Assembly (NCBI GenBank): GCA_040402375.1
Contig: JBBAMR010000001.1
Location: 123,358-187,357, forward strand
Source of the DNA: Candidatus Nanopelagicaceae bacterium
Lineage (GTDB): Bacteria > Actinomycetota > Actinomycetes > Nanopelagicales > Nanopelagicaceae
DNA: 64,000 nt
Direction of reading: 5' to 3'
The notes beneath the pieces were generated by a model. The model worked only from the letters and a program-made list of their open reading frames with translations. It was not told where the DNA came from and searched no databases. Every line of letters begins with the position of its first letter. Position 1 is the stretch's first letter. A program made the position numbers and the translations under genes. Shown piece after piece: positions 27,827 to 40,758 of the stretch.

Positions 27827-29194
27827 TTGAGCACTCACGCAATTAATGACATCGGTTCAGCAGAAGATTTCCTCGCCGCAATCGAAGGCACAATTAAGAA
27901 TTTTAATGATGGCGACCTAGTATCAGGCATCGTCGTACAAATTGACCGCGAAGAAGTACTTCTCGATATCGGTTACAAGACTGAAGGTGTTATTCCTTCA
28001 CGTGAACTTTCAATCCGCCATGATGTTGACCCATCAGAGCTCGTCAAAGTTGGCGATCGTATTGAAGCGCTCGTTCTCCAAAAGGAAGATAAAGAAGGTC
28101 GTCTCATCCTCTCCAAGAAGCGTGCTCAGTACGAGCGTGCGTGGGGCGAGATCGAAGGCAAGAAGGAGCGCGACGAAGTCGTGACCGGAACTGTCATCGA
28201 AGTCGTTAAGGGTGGACTTATCGTTGATATTGGTCTCCGTGGCTTCTTGCCAGCATCTCTCGTTGAAATGCGTCGCGTCCGCGACCTGACTCCTTACATC
28301 GGCAAGGAAGTTGAATGCCGCATTATCGAACTCGATAAGAATCGCAACAACGTTGTTCTCTCACGTCGCGCATTCCTCGAGCAGACTCAATCAGAGTCAC
28401 GCACAACATTCCTTAACCAGCTCACAAAGGGCCAGGTCCGAACTGGAGTTGTCTCCTCAATCGTGAACTTCGGTGCCTTCGTTGATCTTGGCGGCGTTGA
28501 TGGTCTCGTTCACGTCTCTGAACTCTCATGGAAGCACATCGATCATCCAAGTGAGGTCGTTGAAGTTGGCGATGAAGTAACAGTAGAAGTTCTAGAAGTT
28601 GATTTCGAGCGCGAGCGTGTATCACTCTCACTCAAGGCAACACAGGAAGATCCATGGCAGGCATTTGCCCGCACACATGCGATCAACCAAGTTGTCCCAG
28701 GTGAAGTGACCAAGCTCGTTCCGTTCGGCGCATTTATTCGCGTCTTTGAAGGAATCGAAGGCCTCGTTCACATCTCAGAGTTGGCTGAGCGCCACGTTGA
28801 GATTCCAGAGCAGGTTGTCCAGGTCGGAGATTCACTCTTTGTGAAGATCATCGATATCGATCTCGAACGTCGTCGTATCTCGCTCTCATTGAAGCAAGCA
28901 AATGAAGGCCACGAAGTTGAGGTCGAAGCATTCGATCCAACTCAATATGGCATGGCTGCTCGCTACGATGCTGAAGGTAACTTCATCTATCCAGAAGGAT
29001 TCGATGCGGAGACCCAAGAGTGGCGTCCAGGATTTGAAGCTGCTCGCGAAGAGTGGGAGCGTCAATATGCTGAAGCTCAGACTCGCTTCCTTGCACACAA
29101 GAAGCAGAAGGCAGAGGCTCGCGCAGCCGATGCAGCTTCTGAAATCATCACATCCGAAACTCCTTCAGAAGAAGCGGCTCCAACAGCCGAATAA
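27827..29194 (+). CDS. rpsA: 30S ribosomal protein S1
   Basis: Four or more S1 repeats (GDLVSGIVVQ, VTGTVIEVVKGGLIVDIG, GQVRTGVVSSIVNFGAFVDLG, VPGEVTKLVPFGAFIRV). I prefer TTG 27827, preceded by GGAG (27819-27822). It gives LSTHAINDIGSAEDFLAAI, matching the usual actinobacterial N-terminus. The ORF-track start at 27719 coincides with the putative -35. Confidence 0.93.
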   Translation: MSTHAINDIGSAEDFLAAIEGTIKNFNDGDLVSGIVVQIDREEVLLDIGYKTEGVIPSRELSIRHDVDPSELVKVGDRIEALVLQKEDKEGRLILSKKRAQYERAWGEIEGKKERDEVVTGTVIEVVKGGLIVDIGLRGFLPASLVEMRRVRDLTPYIGKEVECRIIELDKNRNNVVLSRRAFLEQTQSESRTTFLNQLTKGQVRTGVVSSIVNFGAFVDLGGVDGLVHVSELSWKHIDHPSEVVEVGDEVTVEVLEVDFERERVSLSLKATQEDPWQAFARTHAINQVVPGEVTKLVPFGAFIRVFEGIEGLVHISELAERHVEIPEQVVQVGDSLFVKIIDIDLERRRISLSLKQANEGHEVEVEAFDPTQYGMAARYDAEGNFIYPEGFDAETQEWRPGFEAAREEWERQYAEAQTRFLAHKKQKAEARAADAASEIITSETPSEEAAPTAE

Positions 29195-29210
29195 GTACGA
29201 AGCTAGCGTT

Positions 29211-29245
29211 AAAGGCCCTGACTGGTATCCGGTCGGGGCCTTTTC
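29211..29245 (+). terminator. rho-independent terminator after rpsA
   Basis: aaaggccctgac / gtcggggccttt forms an 11-12 bp stem (one G.U) around a 9-nt loop. The 3' arm runs into TTTT. Confidence 0.6.
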
Positions 29246-29311
29246 CATTGGAGTAGCACGGGCCTCGCTGAAAGGCGAGCTTCTGGGGCGCGATCACCAA
29301 CCGATCCTCGG

Positions 29312-29317
29312 TAGGCT
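29312..29317 (+). promoter_or_regulatory. candidate -10 hexamer TAGGCT (TANNNT) 6 nt upstream of the coaE GTG start (leaderless arrangement)
   Basis: Reads TAGGCT-attgat-GTG. No SD is visible. Confidence 0.3.
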
Positions 29318-29323
29318 ATTGAT

Positions 29324-29926
29324 GTGTTACTCGTTGCGTTGACCGGTGGAATTGGATCCGGCAAATCCTTGGCAGGGGAGTACCTCGCCAATTTAGGCGC
29401 AACAGTTGTAGATGCTGATCTACTCGCTCGCAGCGTAGTTGAGCGCGGCGAGCCTGCCTTCAACGAACTCCTCGCTCGCTTCGGCGATCTCATCTTAAAA
29501 GATGGCGCACTCGATCGGTCAAAGTTGGCAGAGATCATCTTTACAGACCCCACGGCGAAAGCCGAGGTAGAGGCAATTACTCATCCTCGAATCCGCGAAG
29601 CCTTAGATCAGATCGCGGCAAGCGCAGGCCACGATGAGATCGTGATCTATCAAATTCCACTTCTCGTTGAGAGTAAAGGTGCCGAGCGCTTTGATCGAGT
29701 CATCACCGTGAGTGCTCCGATCTCTCTTCGCAGAGAACGTGCCATTGCGCGTGGCATGGCGGCATATGATTTCGAGAAGCGGCTCTCACATCAAGCTACA
29801 GATCTTGAGCGTGAAGCTATCGCCGATTACATCATTGACAATTCAGGTGATCGCGATGCCCTACTTGCCCACGTTGAGCGACTCTGGGAGAGCGAACTCA
29901 AGCCAGCGGCGGCGGCGAAGCCATGA
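29324..29926 (+). CDS. coaE: dephospho-CoA kinase
   Basis: 200 aa with P-loop [10 protein letters not shown] and a CoaE-like body. GTG start. It lacks the extra C-terminal domain found in mycobacterial CoaE. Confidence 0.9.
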   Translation: MLLVALTGGIGSGKSLAGEYLANLGATVVDADLLARSVVERGEPAFNELLARFGDLILKDGALDRSKLAEIIFTDPTAKAEVEAITHPRIREALDQIAASAGHDEIVIYQIPLLVESKGAERFDRVITVSAPISLRRERAIARGMAAYDFEKRLSHQATDLEREAIADYIIDNSGDRDALLAHVERLWESELKPAAAAKP

Positions 29927-32022
29927 GAGCGATATCGGATTTACAGCGCAAGCCTCACCCGTTTCAGGTTATTAGCGATTACATCCCATCTGGTGATCAA
30001 CCAACTGCAATCGCAGAGATAGCTGCACGGATTGAGCGAGGCGATAACGATGTTGTCTTGCTTGGCGCAACTGGTACCGGAAAGTCTGCAACGACCGCCT
30101 GGTTGATTGAGAAGCTTCAACGTCCTACCTTGGTGCTAGCTCCCAATAAGACGCTCGCCGCTCAGCTTGCGAATGAGTTCCGCGAACTCATGCCAAATAA
30201 TGCGGTTGAATACTTTGTCTCGTACTACGACTACTACCAGCCAGAAGCGTATGTACCGCAGTCAGATACTTTTATTGAGAAAGATTCTTCGGTTAACGCG
30301 GAGGTTGAACGCCTGCGACATAGTGCGACTAATTCACTGCTCACGCGGCGCGATGTCATCGTGGTTGCTACTGTCTCATGTATTTACGGTCTCGGAACCC
30401 CGCAAGAGTATGTCGACCGAATGATCCGGTTGCGTGTTGGCGAATCTATTCCCCGTAATACTCTGCTTCGGCAGTTTGTTGATATTCAGTACAAGCGAAA
30501 CGATATGGCTTTTGAGCGAGGCACATTCCGAGTACGTGGCGATACCGTTGAAATTATTCCCATGTACGAAGAGCTCGCAGTCCGAATCGAGATGTTCGGG
30601 GACGAGATCGAGAAGATTATGACGCTTCACCCATTAACCGGTGAGATCGTGCGGGAAGAGACCGAGATGTATGTCTTTCCAGCCTCACATTACGCCGCCG
30701 GGCCAGAGACGATGAAGCGAGCTGTGGGGGAGATCGAGGCAGAACTCGAAAAGGCGGTCGATGCCTTTGAACGCCAGAACAAACTCCTGGAAGCGCAACG
30801 AATTCGAATGCGTACTACCTTCGACATCGAGATGATTAATCAACTCGGCTTCTGCTCAGGTATCGAAAATTACTCTCGGCATATCGATGGTCGCGATGCA
30901 GGGAGTGCACCTAACTGTTTGCTGGATTATTTTCCTGAAGATTTCTTGGTAGTGATCGACGAATCTCACGTGACTGTTCCGCAGATCGGAGCGATGCACG
31001 AGGGCGATGCTTCGCGTAAGAGGACTTTGGTTGAGCATGGCTTCCGCCTACCGAGCGCAATGGATAACCGGCCACTTCGATTTGATGAGTTCCTGACTCG
31101 CAAGGGGCAGACGATCTACCTCTCGGCTACTCCGGGCAAGTATGAGATGGAGAAGGTGCAGGGCGATGTCGTCGAGCAGGTAATTCGCCCGACTGGATTA
31201 ATTGATCCGAAGATTATTGTGAAGCCGATCAAGGGTCAGATCGATGATCTGGTTGCTTCTATTAATGAGCGTTCAGTGAAGAACGAGCGAGTCTTAGTGA
31301 CGACCTTGACGAAGAAGATGTCAGAAGATCTCACTGATTATCTGCAGGGCGTTGGAATTAGAGTGCGGTACCTCCACTCTGAAGTCGATACCCTCCGTCG
31401 CGTAGAGCTCCTTCGGGAACTTCGAACCGGTGAATACGATGTCTTGATTGGTATCAACCTACTGCGCGAAGGTCTCGATCTCCCTGAAGTATCACTTGTT
31501 GCGATTCTCGATGCAGACAAGGAAGGTTTCCTTCGATCGGCCACTTCGCTCATCCAAACAATTGGCCGCGCCGCTCGTAACGTCTCGGGTGAAGTACATA
31601 TGTACGCCGACAATATGACAAAGTCGATGGTTCAGGCGATTGATGAGACGAATAGACGACGAGAGAAGCAGGTCGCCTACAACACCGAACATGGAATTGA
31701 ACCAACTGCGCTGCGGAAGAAGATTGCCGACATTACTGATCTGATTACCCAAGAGGTTGAAGATACTGAGGTTATGTCGAAGGAATCCTCGAAGAATAAG
31801 GGTAAGAATGGTGGAGGTCTTGCTCATGGGGTCACTGCGGGCGTGCGTGCCACTTTGCCAGCCTCGCTACCGAGACAAGAACTCATGGCTCTCATAGAAT
31901 CCCTCACGGATCAGATGAAGGCTTCTGCAGCGGGACTTCAATTTGAGGTCGCGGCAAGACTTCGTGATGAAATTAGAGAGCTCAAGCGCGAGCTTCGAGG
32001 AATGGAAGAGGCTGGCTCATGA
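29923..32022 (+). CDS. uvrB: excinuclease ABC subunit B
   Basis: 699 aa. Has [16 protein letters not shown], helicase motifs and the C-terminal UVR domain ([15 protein letters not shown]). Overlaps the coaE stop by 4 nt. Confidence 0.97.
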   Translation: MRAISDLQRKPHPFQVISDYIPSGDQPTAIAEIAARIERGDNDVVLLGATGTGKSATTAWLIEKLQRPTLVLAPNKTLAAQLANEFRELMPNNAVEYFVSYYDYYQPEAYVPQSDTFIEKDSSVNAEVERLRHSATNSLLTRRDVIVVATVSCIYGLGTPQEYVDRMIRLRVGESIPRNTLLRQFVDIQYKRNDMAFERGTFRVRGDTVEIIPMYEELAVRIEMFGDEIEKIMTLHPLTGEIVREETEMYVFPASHYAAGPETMKRAVGEIEAELEKAVDAFERQNKLLEAQRIRMRTTFDIEMINQLGFCSGIENYSRHIDGRDAGSAPNCLLDYFPEDFLVVIDESHVTVPQIGAMHEGDASRKRTLVEHGFRLPSAMDNRPLRFDEFLTRKGQTIYLSATPGKYEMEKVQGDVVEQVIRPTGLIDPKIIVKPIKGQIDDLVASINERSVKNERVLVTTLTKKMSEDLTDYLQGVGIRVRYLHSEVDTLRRVELLRELRTGEYDVLIGINLLREGLDLPEVSLVAILDADKEGFLRSATSLIQTIGRAARNVSGEVHMYADNMTKSMVQAIDETNRRREKQVAYNTEHGIEPTALRKKIADITDLITQEVEDTEVMSKESSKNKGKNGGGLAHGVTAGVRATLPASLPRQELMALIESLTDQMKASAAGLQFEVAARLRDEIRELKRELRGMEEAGS

Positions 32023-34850
32023 ATGCAGATCGGTTAGTTGTTCGTGGCGCGAGAGCTCACAATCTCAAGAACGTCTCACTCGACTTACCGCGTAACTCGC
32101 TCATCGTCTTTACTGGACTCTCCGGCTCAGGCAAATCCTCTTTGGCCTTCGACACAATCTTCGCCGAGGGGCAACGCCGTTACGTCGAATCACTTTCAGC
32201 CTACGCCCGACAATTCTTAGGCCAGATGGATAAGCCGGATGTTGATTTCATTGAAGGGTTATCTCCGGCAGTCTCGATCGATCAGAAGTCAACAAACCGC
32301 AATCCCCGCTCAACTGTCGGAACGATCACAGAAGTGTATGACTACCTGCGCCTACTCTTTGCTCGAGCCGGTCGCCCTCACTGCCCAAACTGTGGCAAGG
32401 CGATCGCCAAGCAGACGCCACAAAATATCGTTGATCAGATCCTTGAACTGAAGGAGGGCACGCGCTTCCAAGTTCTTGCACCGATCGTTCGAGAGCGTAA
32501 GGGTGAATTCGTAGACCTCTTTAAGGATTTAACGGTTCAAGGTTTCTCTCGTGCCCGGGTAGATGGCGTGGTCTACGCCTTAGCTGAAGTTCCTAAATTG
32601 AAGAAGCAAGAGAAGCACTCGATTGAAGTTGTGGTCGATCGGTTAGCTGTAAAGGCCGATGCGAAATCTCGCCTCACTGATTCCGTTGAGACTGCGCTGA
32701 AACTTGCCAGTGGTTTGGTCATTCTTGATTTTGTCGATGCCAAAGAGAGCGATCCTGAGAAAGAGAAGACCTTCAGTGAACATATGGCCTGTCACGATTG
32801 TGATCTCTCCTTTGGCGAACTTGAGCCTCGCTCATTCTCATTCAACTCGCCTTTCGGAGCCTGCCCAGATTGCACCGGTCTCGGTATCAAGCTTGAAGTA
32901 GATGAAGAGCTCCTTATTCCTGATGATTCCATCTCGATTAATGAAGGTGCTATCGCACCATGGCAAAACTCTGAATACTTCGACCGCCTCCTTGAAGGAT
33001 TATCGCAAGAGCTGAAGTTCTCACTCGATAAGCCGTGGAAATCCCTCTCCGTAAAGGCTCGGACCGCGATCTTGAATGGCTGGGACTATGAAGTTCATGT
33101 GAAGTACAAGAATCGTTATGGTCGCGAGCGCGCGTACACCACGGGCTTTGAAGGCGTAACACCCTTCATCATCCGCAGACACTCAGAGAGTGAAGGCGAA
33201 TATGGCCGCGACAAGTACGAGGCATATATGCGCGAGACTCCATGCCCAGCGTGTAAAGGAACTCGCCTGAAGCCTGAAGTTCTTGCAGTGACACTTGGCG
33301 GTAAGAGCATCGCTGCGATCTGTGAACTCTCAATTGCCGATTGCGCAGTATTTTTGAAGAAGATCTCCCTCAATGCGCGCGAGAAGAAGATTGCAGAGCG
33401 CGTCTTAAAAGAGGTTCATGCTCGCCTGGGGTTCTTACTTGATGTTGGCCTTGATTACCTATCACTGGAGCGCGCAGCGGGCACCTTGTCCGGTGGCGAG
33501 GCGCAACGAATTCGATTAGCAACCCAGATCGGTTCTGGTTTAGTCGGAGTGCTCTACGTCCTTGATGAGCCAAGTATCGGACTGCATCAACGTGATAATC
33601 ATCGCTTAATCGAGACCCTGACTCGCCTTCGTGATATGGGTAACACCCTCATAGTCGTCGAACATGACGAAGATACAATTCGCGCCGCCGATTGGATCGT
33701 AGATATTGGCCCAGGAGCTGGCGAGCATGGGGGAGAGGTCGTCTCTTCCGGTACATATGAAGAGCTCATCGCTGCACCTAAATCGATTACCGGCGCCTAC
33801 ATGTCTGGGCGAACGAAGATCGAAGTCCCAGCAGAACGTCGTCCCTTTGATAAGTCACGCTCGATTACCGTTAAAGATGCAAAAGAGAATAACCTTAAAA
33901 ATATTTCAGTGACCTTCCCACTTGGTAGCTTTGTCGCCGTAACGGGAGTGAGTGGCTCCGGAAAATCCACCCTCGTCAACGATATTTTGTACTCTGTTCT
34001 TGCGAACAAGCTCAATGGCGCAAGAATTGTGCCAGGCCGACACCGCTCGATTACCGGATTAGATCAGCTCGATAAGGTCGTCCACGTCGATCAATCACCG
34101 ATTGGACGTACTCCACGATCAAACCCTGCCACCTACACGGGGGTCTTCGACAAGATTCGTGGGCTCTTCGCCGAGACCAGTGAGGCAAAGGTTCGTGGCT
34201 ACCTCCAGGGTCGCTTCTCCTTTAACGTAAAAGGCGGACGCTGCGAGAATTGCGCCGGCGATGGCACGATCACCATCGAGATGAACTTCCTCCCAGATGT
34301 ATATGTTCCATGCGAAGTGTGTCACGGTGCACGATATAACCGCGAGACGCTTGAGGTTCATTACAAAGGCAAGACGATCGCACAAGTCTTAGATATGCCG
34401 ATTGAAGAGGCGCATACCTTCTTCGAATCTGTTCCGGCGATCGCGCGCTTCCTCAAAACACTCAATGATGTCGGCCTGGGCTACGTACGTTTGGGTCAAT
34501 CTGCACCAACGCTCTCCGGTGGAGAAGCGCAACGCGTGAAGCTTGCCACTGAGCTCCAGCGTCGTTCGACTGGTCGAACCATCTACGTTCTGGATGAGCC
34601 AACAACCGGCCTGCACTTTGAAGATACTCGTAAGCTCCTAATTGTCCTCAATCGTCTCGTCGAGACCGGTAACACTGTGATCGTCATTGAGCATAATCTC
34701 GATGTCATTAAGTGCGCTGATTGGGTGATAGATATGGGACCTGAAGGTGGCGCTGGTGGCGGAACTGTCATTGCTGAGGGAACCCCCGAAGAGCTAGCTA
34801 AGGCTAAGCAGAGCTACACGGGACAGTTCTTAGCATCAGTTCTGAAGTAA
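32019..34850 (+). CDS. uvrA: excinuclease ABC subunit A
   Basis: 943 aa. Two ABC modules ([31 protein letters not shown] x2) and zinc-finger Cys pairs. Overlaps the uvrB stop by 4 nt. Confidence 0.97.
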   Translation: MNADRLVVRGARAHNLKNVSLDLPRNSLIVFTGLSGSGKSSLAFDTIFAEGQRRYVESLSAYARQFLGQMDKPDVDFIEGLSPAVSIDQKSTNRNPRSTVGTITEVYDYLRLLFARAGRPHCPNCGKAIAKQTPQNIVDQILELKEGTRFQVLAPIVRERKGEFVDLFKDLTVQGFSRARVDGVVYALAEVPKLKKQEKHSIEVVVDRLAVKADAKSRLTDSVETALKLASGLVILDFVDAKESDPEKEKTFSEHMACHDCDLSFGELEPRSFSFNSPFGACPDCTGLGIKLEVDEELLIPDDSISINEGAIAPWQNSEYFDRLLEGLSQELKFSLDKPWKSLSVKARTAILNGWDYEVHVKYKNRYGRERAYTTGFEGVTPFIIRRHSESEGEYGRDKYEAYMRETPCPACKGTRLKPEVLAVTLGGKSIAAICELSIADCAVFLKKISLNAREKKIAERVLKEVHARLGFLLDVGLDYLSLERAAGTLSGGEAQRIRLATQIGSGLVGVLYVLDEPSIGLHQRDNHRLIETLTRLRDMGNTLIVVEHDEDTIRAADWIVDIGPGAGEHGGEVVSSGTYEELIAAPKSITGAYMSGRTKIEVPAERRPFDKSRSITVKDAKENNLKNISVTFPLGSFVAVTGVSGSGKSTLVNDILYSVLANKLNGARIVPGRHRSITGLDQLDKVVHVDQSPIGRTPRSNPATYTGVFDKIRGLFAETSEAKVRGYLQGRFSFNVKGGRCENCAGDGTITIEMNFLPDVYVPCEVCHGARYNRETLEVHYKGKTIAQVLDMPIEEAHTFFESVPAIARFLKTLNDVGLGYVRLGQSAPTLSGGEAQRVKLATELQRRSTGRTIYVLDEPTTGLHFEDTRKLLIVLNRLVETGNTVIVIEHNLDVIKCADWVIDMGPEGGAGGGTVIAEGTPEELAKAKQSYTGQFLASVLK

Positions 34851-34862
34851 CGAGATTGTCAG

Positions 34863-36779
34863 ATGACAGATCCGCAGAGTTATAGACCTAGCAATATCCC
34901 ATTAGATCCTGGGGTCTATCGATTTTACGACGCGACCGGAACTGTCATTTATGTCGGCAAGGCGAAGAATCTTAAGAATCGTCTCAATTCATACTTTGGT
35001 AGCAATCTCACTGAGAAGACCTATCGAATGGTGCACAAGGCCAATCGGGTTGATTGGACGATTGTGAATACCGAGGTCGAGGCTCTGCAGTTGGAGTTCA
35101 CCTGGATCAAAAGCTATAACCCAGAGTTCAATATCCGATTTAAGGATGATAAGTCGTACCCATATCTAGCGGTCTCGATTGGCGCAGATTTCCCCAAGAT
35201 CTACATCTCTCGTCAGAAGAAACTCAAGGGGACTAAGTATTTTGGTCCCTTTGCGCACTCTTGGGCGTTGCGCAGCACGGTCGATACGCTTCAAAAGATC
35301 TATCCGATTCGTAGTTGCACGGATGGAAATTTCGATCGCGCGGTCAAGAGCAAGCGTCAATGCCTGCTGGGCGATATCGGTAAATGCGCCGCTCCATGCG
35401 TTGGATGGATTAGCGAGAGCGAACATAAAGAGCTAGCTCATAAGTTAGTGAAGTACCTTGAATCGAGCCCATCAGATATCGAAGCTGCGATCGAGCGTGA
35501 GATGAATGAGGCGGCGGAGAATCAAGAGTACGAGCGAGCTGGAAAGCTTCGAGATCAACTTCATGCGATCACAAAGTCGAACGAGATCATGGGGAGTTCG
35601 CTCAGCCCTAACTTCTCTGCTGATGTGATTGGTATCCACGAAGAGACGACACATTGCGCTGCCTCAATCTTCTCGGTTCGCAATGGTCGAATTGTGGGAT
35701 CCAGATCCTGGATCATTGAGATGGCAAATGTTCTCGAGGGCGAAGATCTCGTCAGCGCGACGCTGAGCAAGATATACCTTGAGAATGAAATCCCGAGTGA
35801 GATTCTCATTGATCGATCGACTCCCAATCATGACGAGTTAGAAGCCTGGCTCGGGGAGATGAGTGGCCATAAAGTCGAAATCGCGCAACCTCAACGAGGC
35901 GAGAAGGCGGAAGTCATCTCAGTCGTGAAGCGAAATGCTCATCAAGCACTTATCCAATACCTTTCGAAGCGATCCAATGATGCGGCGGTGAGTGGCAAAG
36001 CGCTCGAGGAGATTGCTTCTTCGCTTGATCTACAAACCTTGCCTTTACGGATCGAGTGTTTTGATATCTCAAATATTCAAGGTAACCATATGGTCGCCTC
36101 AATGGTTGTCTTCGAAGATGGTCAGTCGAAGAAGAGTGAGTATCGACGCTTCGCGATTGATGATGATGCCAGCTTTGACGATACGCGCGCCATGCATCAT
36201 GTCATTACTCGTCGCCTTAAGCGCTATCTCGCTGAGAAAGATCTCGATCTCCACGAGTTGGCATCCGCTGGTGCCGCTCGCCCAAAGTTTGCCTATGCGC
36301 CACAGCTCATCGTGGTTGATGGCGGAGAGCCTCAAGTCGCTGCCGCGGCCCGAGCCCTTGAAGAGTTGGGTATTACAGATATTGCATTGGTGGGATTGGC
36401 GAAGCGGATGGAAGAAGTCTGGTTACCAGGAAATCCAGATCCTGTGATCTTTCCCAGACACAGTGAGGCGCTCTATCTCCTGCAACGTATTCGTGATGAG
36501 GCCCACCGTTTTGCAATTACCTTCCACCGCAGCCGGCGTTCCAAGGTAATGCTCGAATCTCTTCTCGATGAGATCCCAGCGCTAGGGGAGTCCAGGCGTA
36601 GATCCATCCTTGAACACTTCGGTTCGATTACCGCACTGCGCAAAGCTTCCAAGGAGCAGATCGCGCAGGTACCGGGAATTGGCGAGAAGACGGCGCAGAT
36701 CATCGAATCAACCTTGATCGCGCTCTCACCGCAAGCGCAAGCAGTTGATATGGCTACTGGTGAGATCCTTGACTCGTAA
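34863..36779 (+). CDS. uvrC: excinuclease ABC subunit C
   Basis: 638 aa. GIY-YIG N-terminus (GVYRFYD...VIYVGKAKNL), a UVR domain, an endonuclease V-like domain and C-terminal HhH (VPGIGEKTAQ). Confidence 0.96.
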   Translation: MTDPQSYRPSNIPLDPGVYRFYDATGTVIYVGKAKNLKNRLNSYFGSNLTEKTYRMVHKANRVDWTIVNTEVEALQLEFTWIKSYNPEFNIRFKDDKSYPYLAVSIGADFPKIYISRQKKLKGTKYFGPFAHSWALRSTVDTLQKIYPIRSCTDGNFDRAVKSKRQCLLGDIGKCAAPCVGWISESEHKELAHKLVKYLESSPSDIEAAIEREMNEAAENQEYERAGKLRDQLHAITKSNEIMGSSLSPNFSADVIGIHEETTHCAASIFSVRNGRIVGSRSWIIEMANVLEGEDLVSATLSKIYLENEIPSEILIDRSTPNHDELEAWLGEMSGHKVEIAQPQRGEKAEVISVVKRNAHQALIQYLSKRSNDAAVSGKALEEIASSLDLQTLPLRIECFDISNIQGNHMVASMVVFEDGQSKKSEYRRFAIDDDASFDDTRAMHHVITRRLKRYLAEKDLDLHELASAGAARPKFAYAPQLIVVDGGEPQVAAAARALEELGITDIALVGLAKRMEEVWLPGNPDPVIFPRHSEALYLLQRIRDEAHRFAITFHRSRRSKVMLESLLDEIPALGESRRRSILEHFGSITALRKASKEQIAQVPGIGEKTAQIIESTLIALSPQAQAVDMATGEILDS

Positions 36780-36793
36780 GGCAAGATACTGAC

Positions 36794-37666
36794 ATGAGCG
36801 CAGAAATCGTACTGGTTACCGGAATGAGTGGCGCTGGCCGGTCTACCGTCGCCCATGCGATGGAAGATCTCGGTTGGTATGTCGTCGATAATCTTCCACC
36901 AGCACTTCTACCTAATCTCGTCGAACTTCTGGGGACAACGGTCACGAAGATTGCAGTGGTCGTCGATGTGCGCGGTGGTCAATTCTTCGATCATCTCAAT
37001 AGCGCACTCGCCTCACTTGAAGAGCGAAAAGTCGAGCGTAGGATTCTCTTTGTCGATGCATCTGATGAAGTCTTAGTACGGCGCTTTGAGTCGACTCGTC
37101 GCCCACACCCGCTCCAAGGATCAGATCGCATTGTTGATGGAATTGCTAAAGAGCGAGATCGCTTACGCGAGGTTCGATCACTCGCTGATTTGATCATTGA
37201 CTCATCTTCATTCAATATCCACCAATTAGAGAAGAAGATTGAAGAGATCTTTCACGCCGATGGCGACGCTGACCTACGTGTAAACGTCCTCTCCTTCGGG
37301 TATAAATATGGAATTCCAGTCGATGCTGATCTGGTGATGGATTGCCGATTTATTCCTAACCCGCATTGGATTCCAGAACTTCGTCCACTCAATGGGCTAG
37401 ATGCACCGGTGAGTGCCAATGTCCTCGGGGGAGCGAATACTCAAGAATTTCTTGAACGCTATCAAGCGCTCTTCGAAACGATGGCGACTGGATTCTTCGC
37501 TGAAGGTAGAAAATATTTAACCTTAGCGATTGGATGCACTGGTGGAAAACATCGCAGCGTCGCAATTGCTGAAGAACTTACTAAACGGCTAAACGCCCGA
37601 TCTCATATCGGTAATCGTTCTTTAAGTACACAATCGATTCACCGCGATCTCGGTCGAGAACTTTGA
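36794..37666 (+). CDS. rapZ: RNase adapter / nucleotide-binding protein RapZ
   Basis: 290 aa with P-loop VTGMSGAGRST, DVRG, and a C-terminal IGCTGGKHRSV motif. Confidence 0.92.
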   Translation: MSAEIVLVTGMSGAGRSTVAHAMEDLGWYVVDNLPPALLPNLVELLGTTVTKIAVVVDVRGGQFFDHLNSALASLEERKVERRILFVDASDEVLVRRFESTRRPHPLQGSDRIVDGIAKERDRLREVRSLADLIIDSSSFNIHQLEKKIEEIFHADGDADLRVNVLSFGYKYGIPVDADLVMDCRFIPNPHWIPELRPLNGLDAPVSANVLGGANTQEFLERYQALFETMATGFFAEGRKYLTLAIGCTGGKHRSVAIAEELTKRLNARSHIGNRSLSTQSIHRDLGREL

Positions 37667-38607
37667 TGCGCGGCCCGCGAGTCGTTGCGCTCGGCGGTGG
37701 ACATGGCTTAGCCGCAACTCTGACAGCGCTCCGTTCGCTCACTGATCACCTCACTGCGGTCGTTACCGTGGCAGATAATGGGGGATCAAGCGGTCGCTTA
37801 CGCGAAGAGTTTGGAATTCTGCCGCCAGGAGATCTACGAATGGCTCTCGCTGCCCTCTGTTCTGATGATCAACGCGGTAGAGAGTGGGCCGATATCCTCC
37901 AATACCGTTTCGCAAACGATGGCCTCTCTCAGAGCCCATTGCATGGACATGCGGTCGGTAACTTACTTTTAGCAGCGCTGTGGAATCGAGATGGCGATCC
38001 AGTTCAAGGCATTGCACGTGTTGGCGAGTTATTGCAATTGACCGCACAAGTACTGCCAATGGCGCTCGACCCACTCGATATCGAGGCGAGCTTTCAGACA
38101 TCCTATGGAAGAAAGATTGTGCGCGGCCAGGTGGAAGTTGCCACTGCAAAGGGGCGTATTGAATCCTTACATTTAATACCAGATGATCCAAGGGCTACTC
38201 CTGAAGCGCTCAAAGCGATCGCCCAAGCGGAGTGGATAACCTTTGGTCCGGGCTCGTGGTTCTCAAGTGTGATGCCGCACTTCCTTCTCCCTGCACAGGC
38301 AGAGGCGATTGCGCGATCATCGGCGAAGAAGATCATGATCTTTAATCTTCCTGAACCTGATTCGATCGACGAGTTCGCTGGCTATTCTGCACAGGAACAT
38401 TTAGATCTCGTCGTAAAACATCTTCCTGATCTTCATCTAGATTTTGCAATCACAGATCACAGTGCAGATGCTGCCTCAGAGAGCCTTCAACTAGCGGTTG
38501 AGGGTTGTGGGGGGCAACTCATCCGGGCCGATCTCGCCAAGAGCCCCGGAAGTTTTCATCATGATCCCGCAAAATTAGCGATGACTTTGAGCCACATTTT
38601 TAATTGA
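37663..38607 (+). CDS. yvcK: YvcK/CofD-family gluconeogenesis factor (CuvA-like)
   Basis: 314 aa with [30 protein letters not shown] and GPGSWFSSV. Overlaps the rapZ stop by 4 nt. Confidence 0.9.
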   Translation: MMRGPRVVALGGGHGLAATLTALRSLTDHLTAVVTVADNGGSSGRLREEFGILPPGDLRMALAALCSDDQRGREWADILQYRFANDGLSQSPLHGHAVGNLLLAALWNRDGDPVQGIARVGELLQLTAQVLPMALDPLDIEASFQTSYGRKIVRGQVEVATAKGRIESLHLIPDDPRATPEALKAIAQAEWITFGPGSWFSSVMPHFLLPAQAEAIARSSAKKIMIFNLPEPDSIDEFAGYSAQEHLDLVVKHLPDLHLDFAITDHSADAASESLQLAVEGCGGQLIRADLAKSPGSFHHDPAKLAMTLSHIFN

Positions 38608-38626
38608 TCCCTGCTTAGATACTCAC

Positions 38627-39610
38627 ATGGCAATGACGGCAAGTGTAAAAGATGAGCTCAGTAGATTGAGTGTGACAAAACCGTGCTGTCGAAAGGCCGA
38701 AGTCTCTGCACTCTTACGCTTTGCTGGCGGATTGCATATCTCAGCCGGTCATATTGTGATTGAAGTAGAACTCGATACCGCGCAGAGCGCACGTCGCCTA
38801 CGAAAAGATATCTCTGAAATTTTTGGTCATGATGCCGAGCTTGCCGTCTTATCTGCCGGTGGCCTTCGCAAGGGATCTCGATATCTCGTACGCGTCACAT
38901 CTGATGGCGATGCACTCGCTCGTCAGACTGGTCTCATCGATGCTAATAACCGTCCAGTTCGTGGCCTTCCACCGCAAGTTGTCTCTGCGGGAATCTGCGA
39001 TGCTGAAGCGGCCTGGCGTGGAGCATTTCTCGCACATGGTTCCTTGACCGAGCCGGGTCGATCCTCTGCACTTGAGATTACCTGTCCTGGTCCAGAAGCA
39101 GCGCTAGCTCTCGTCGGCTCGGCTCGTCGCCTCGGTATTACTGCGAAGGCGCGCGAAGTTCGAAACGTGGATCGCGTCGTCATTCGCGACGGTGATGCGA
39201 TCGGCGCACTCCTGACCAGACTCGGAGCTCACGAATCAGTTTTAGCGTGGGAAGAGCGTCGGATGCGCCGCGAGGTGCGCGCAACCGCTAATCGTCTCGC
39301 CAATTTTGATGATGCCAACCTTCGGCGTTCAGCGCGTGCTGCAGTTGCCGCCTCAGCGCGAGTCGCACGGGCGATGGAGATTCTCGGCGAGGAGATTCCA
39401 GATCACCTCAAGGAGGCAGGAGAACTCCGCATTACTCACGGGCAGGCAAGTTTGGAAGAGCTCGGCTCGCTCGCGCTCCCGCCAATGACCAAGGATGCAA
39501 TCGCTGGCCGAATCCGCCGCCTCTTGGCGATGGCCGATAAGCGCGCTCACGATCTTGGAATTCCCGATACGGAAGCGGGTTTAAGTCCGGAGATGCTCGA
39601 AAACGACTGA
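38627..39610 (+). CDS. whiA: sporulation/cell-division transcriptional regulator WhiA
   Basis: 327 aa. N-terminus VKDELSRL...[16 protein letters not shown], a degenerate LAGLIDADG-type middle region and a C-terminal HTH. Sits in the conserved rapZ-yvcK-whiA order. Confidence 0.94.
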   Translation: MAMTASVKDELSRLSVTKPCCRKAEVSALLRFAGGLHISAGHIVIEVELDTAQSARRLRKDISEIFGHDAELAVLSAGGLRKGSRYLVRVTSDGDALARQTGLIDANNRPVRGLPPQVVSAGICDAEAAWRGAFLAHGSLTEPGRSSALEITCPGPEAALALVGSARRLGITAKAREVRNVDRVVIRDGDAIGALLTRLGAHESVLAWEERRMRREVRATANRLANFDDANLRRSARAAVAASARVARAMEILGEEIPDHLKEAGELRITHGQASLEELGSLALPPMTKDAIAGRIRRLLAMADKRAHDLGIPDTEAGLSPEMLEND

Positions 39611-39734
39611 TCGCGTACTGATAAGGTTCACCCATCACAGCGTTGTGGATCTGAGCTCACGCTCTCCGCTCTCTTGGTCATATGAAGCTCACATCACAAT
39701 AAGGAATTTTCCACTGGGAGACCTCACTCTTTAA

Positions 39735-40751
<1,017 letters not shown>

Positions 40752-40758
40752 CATCCCT

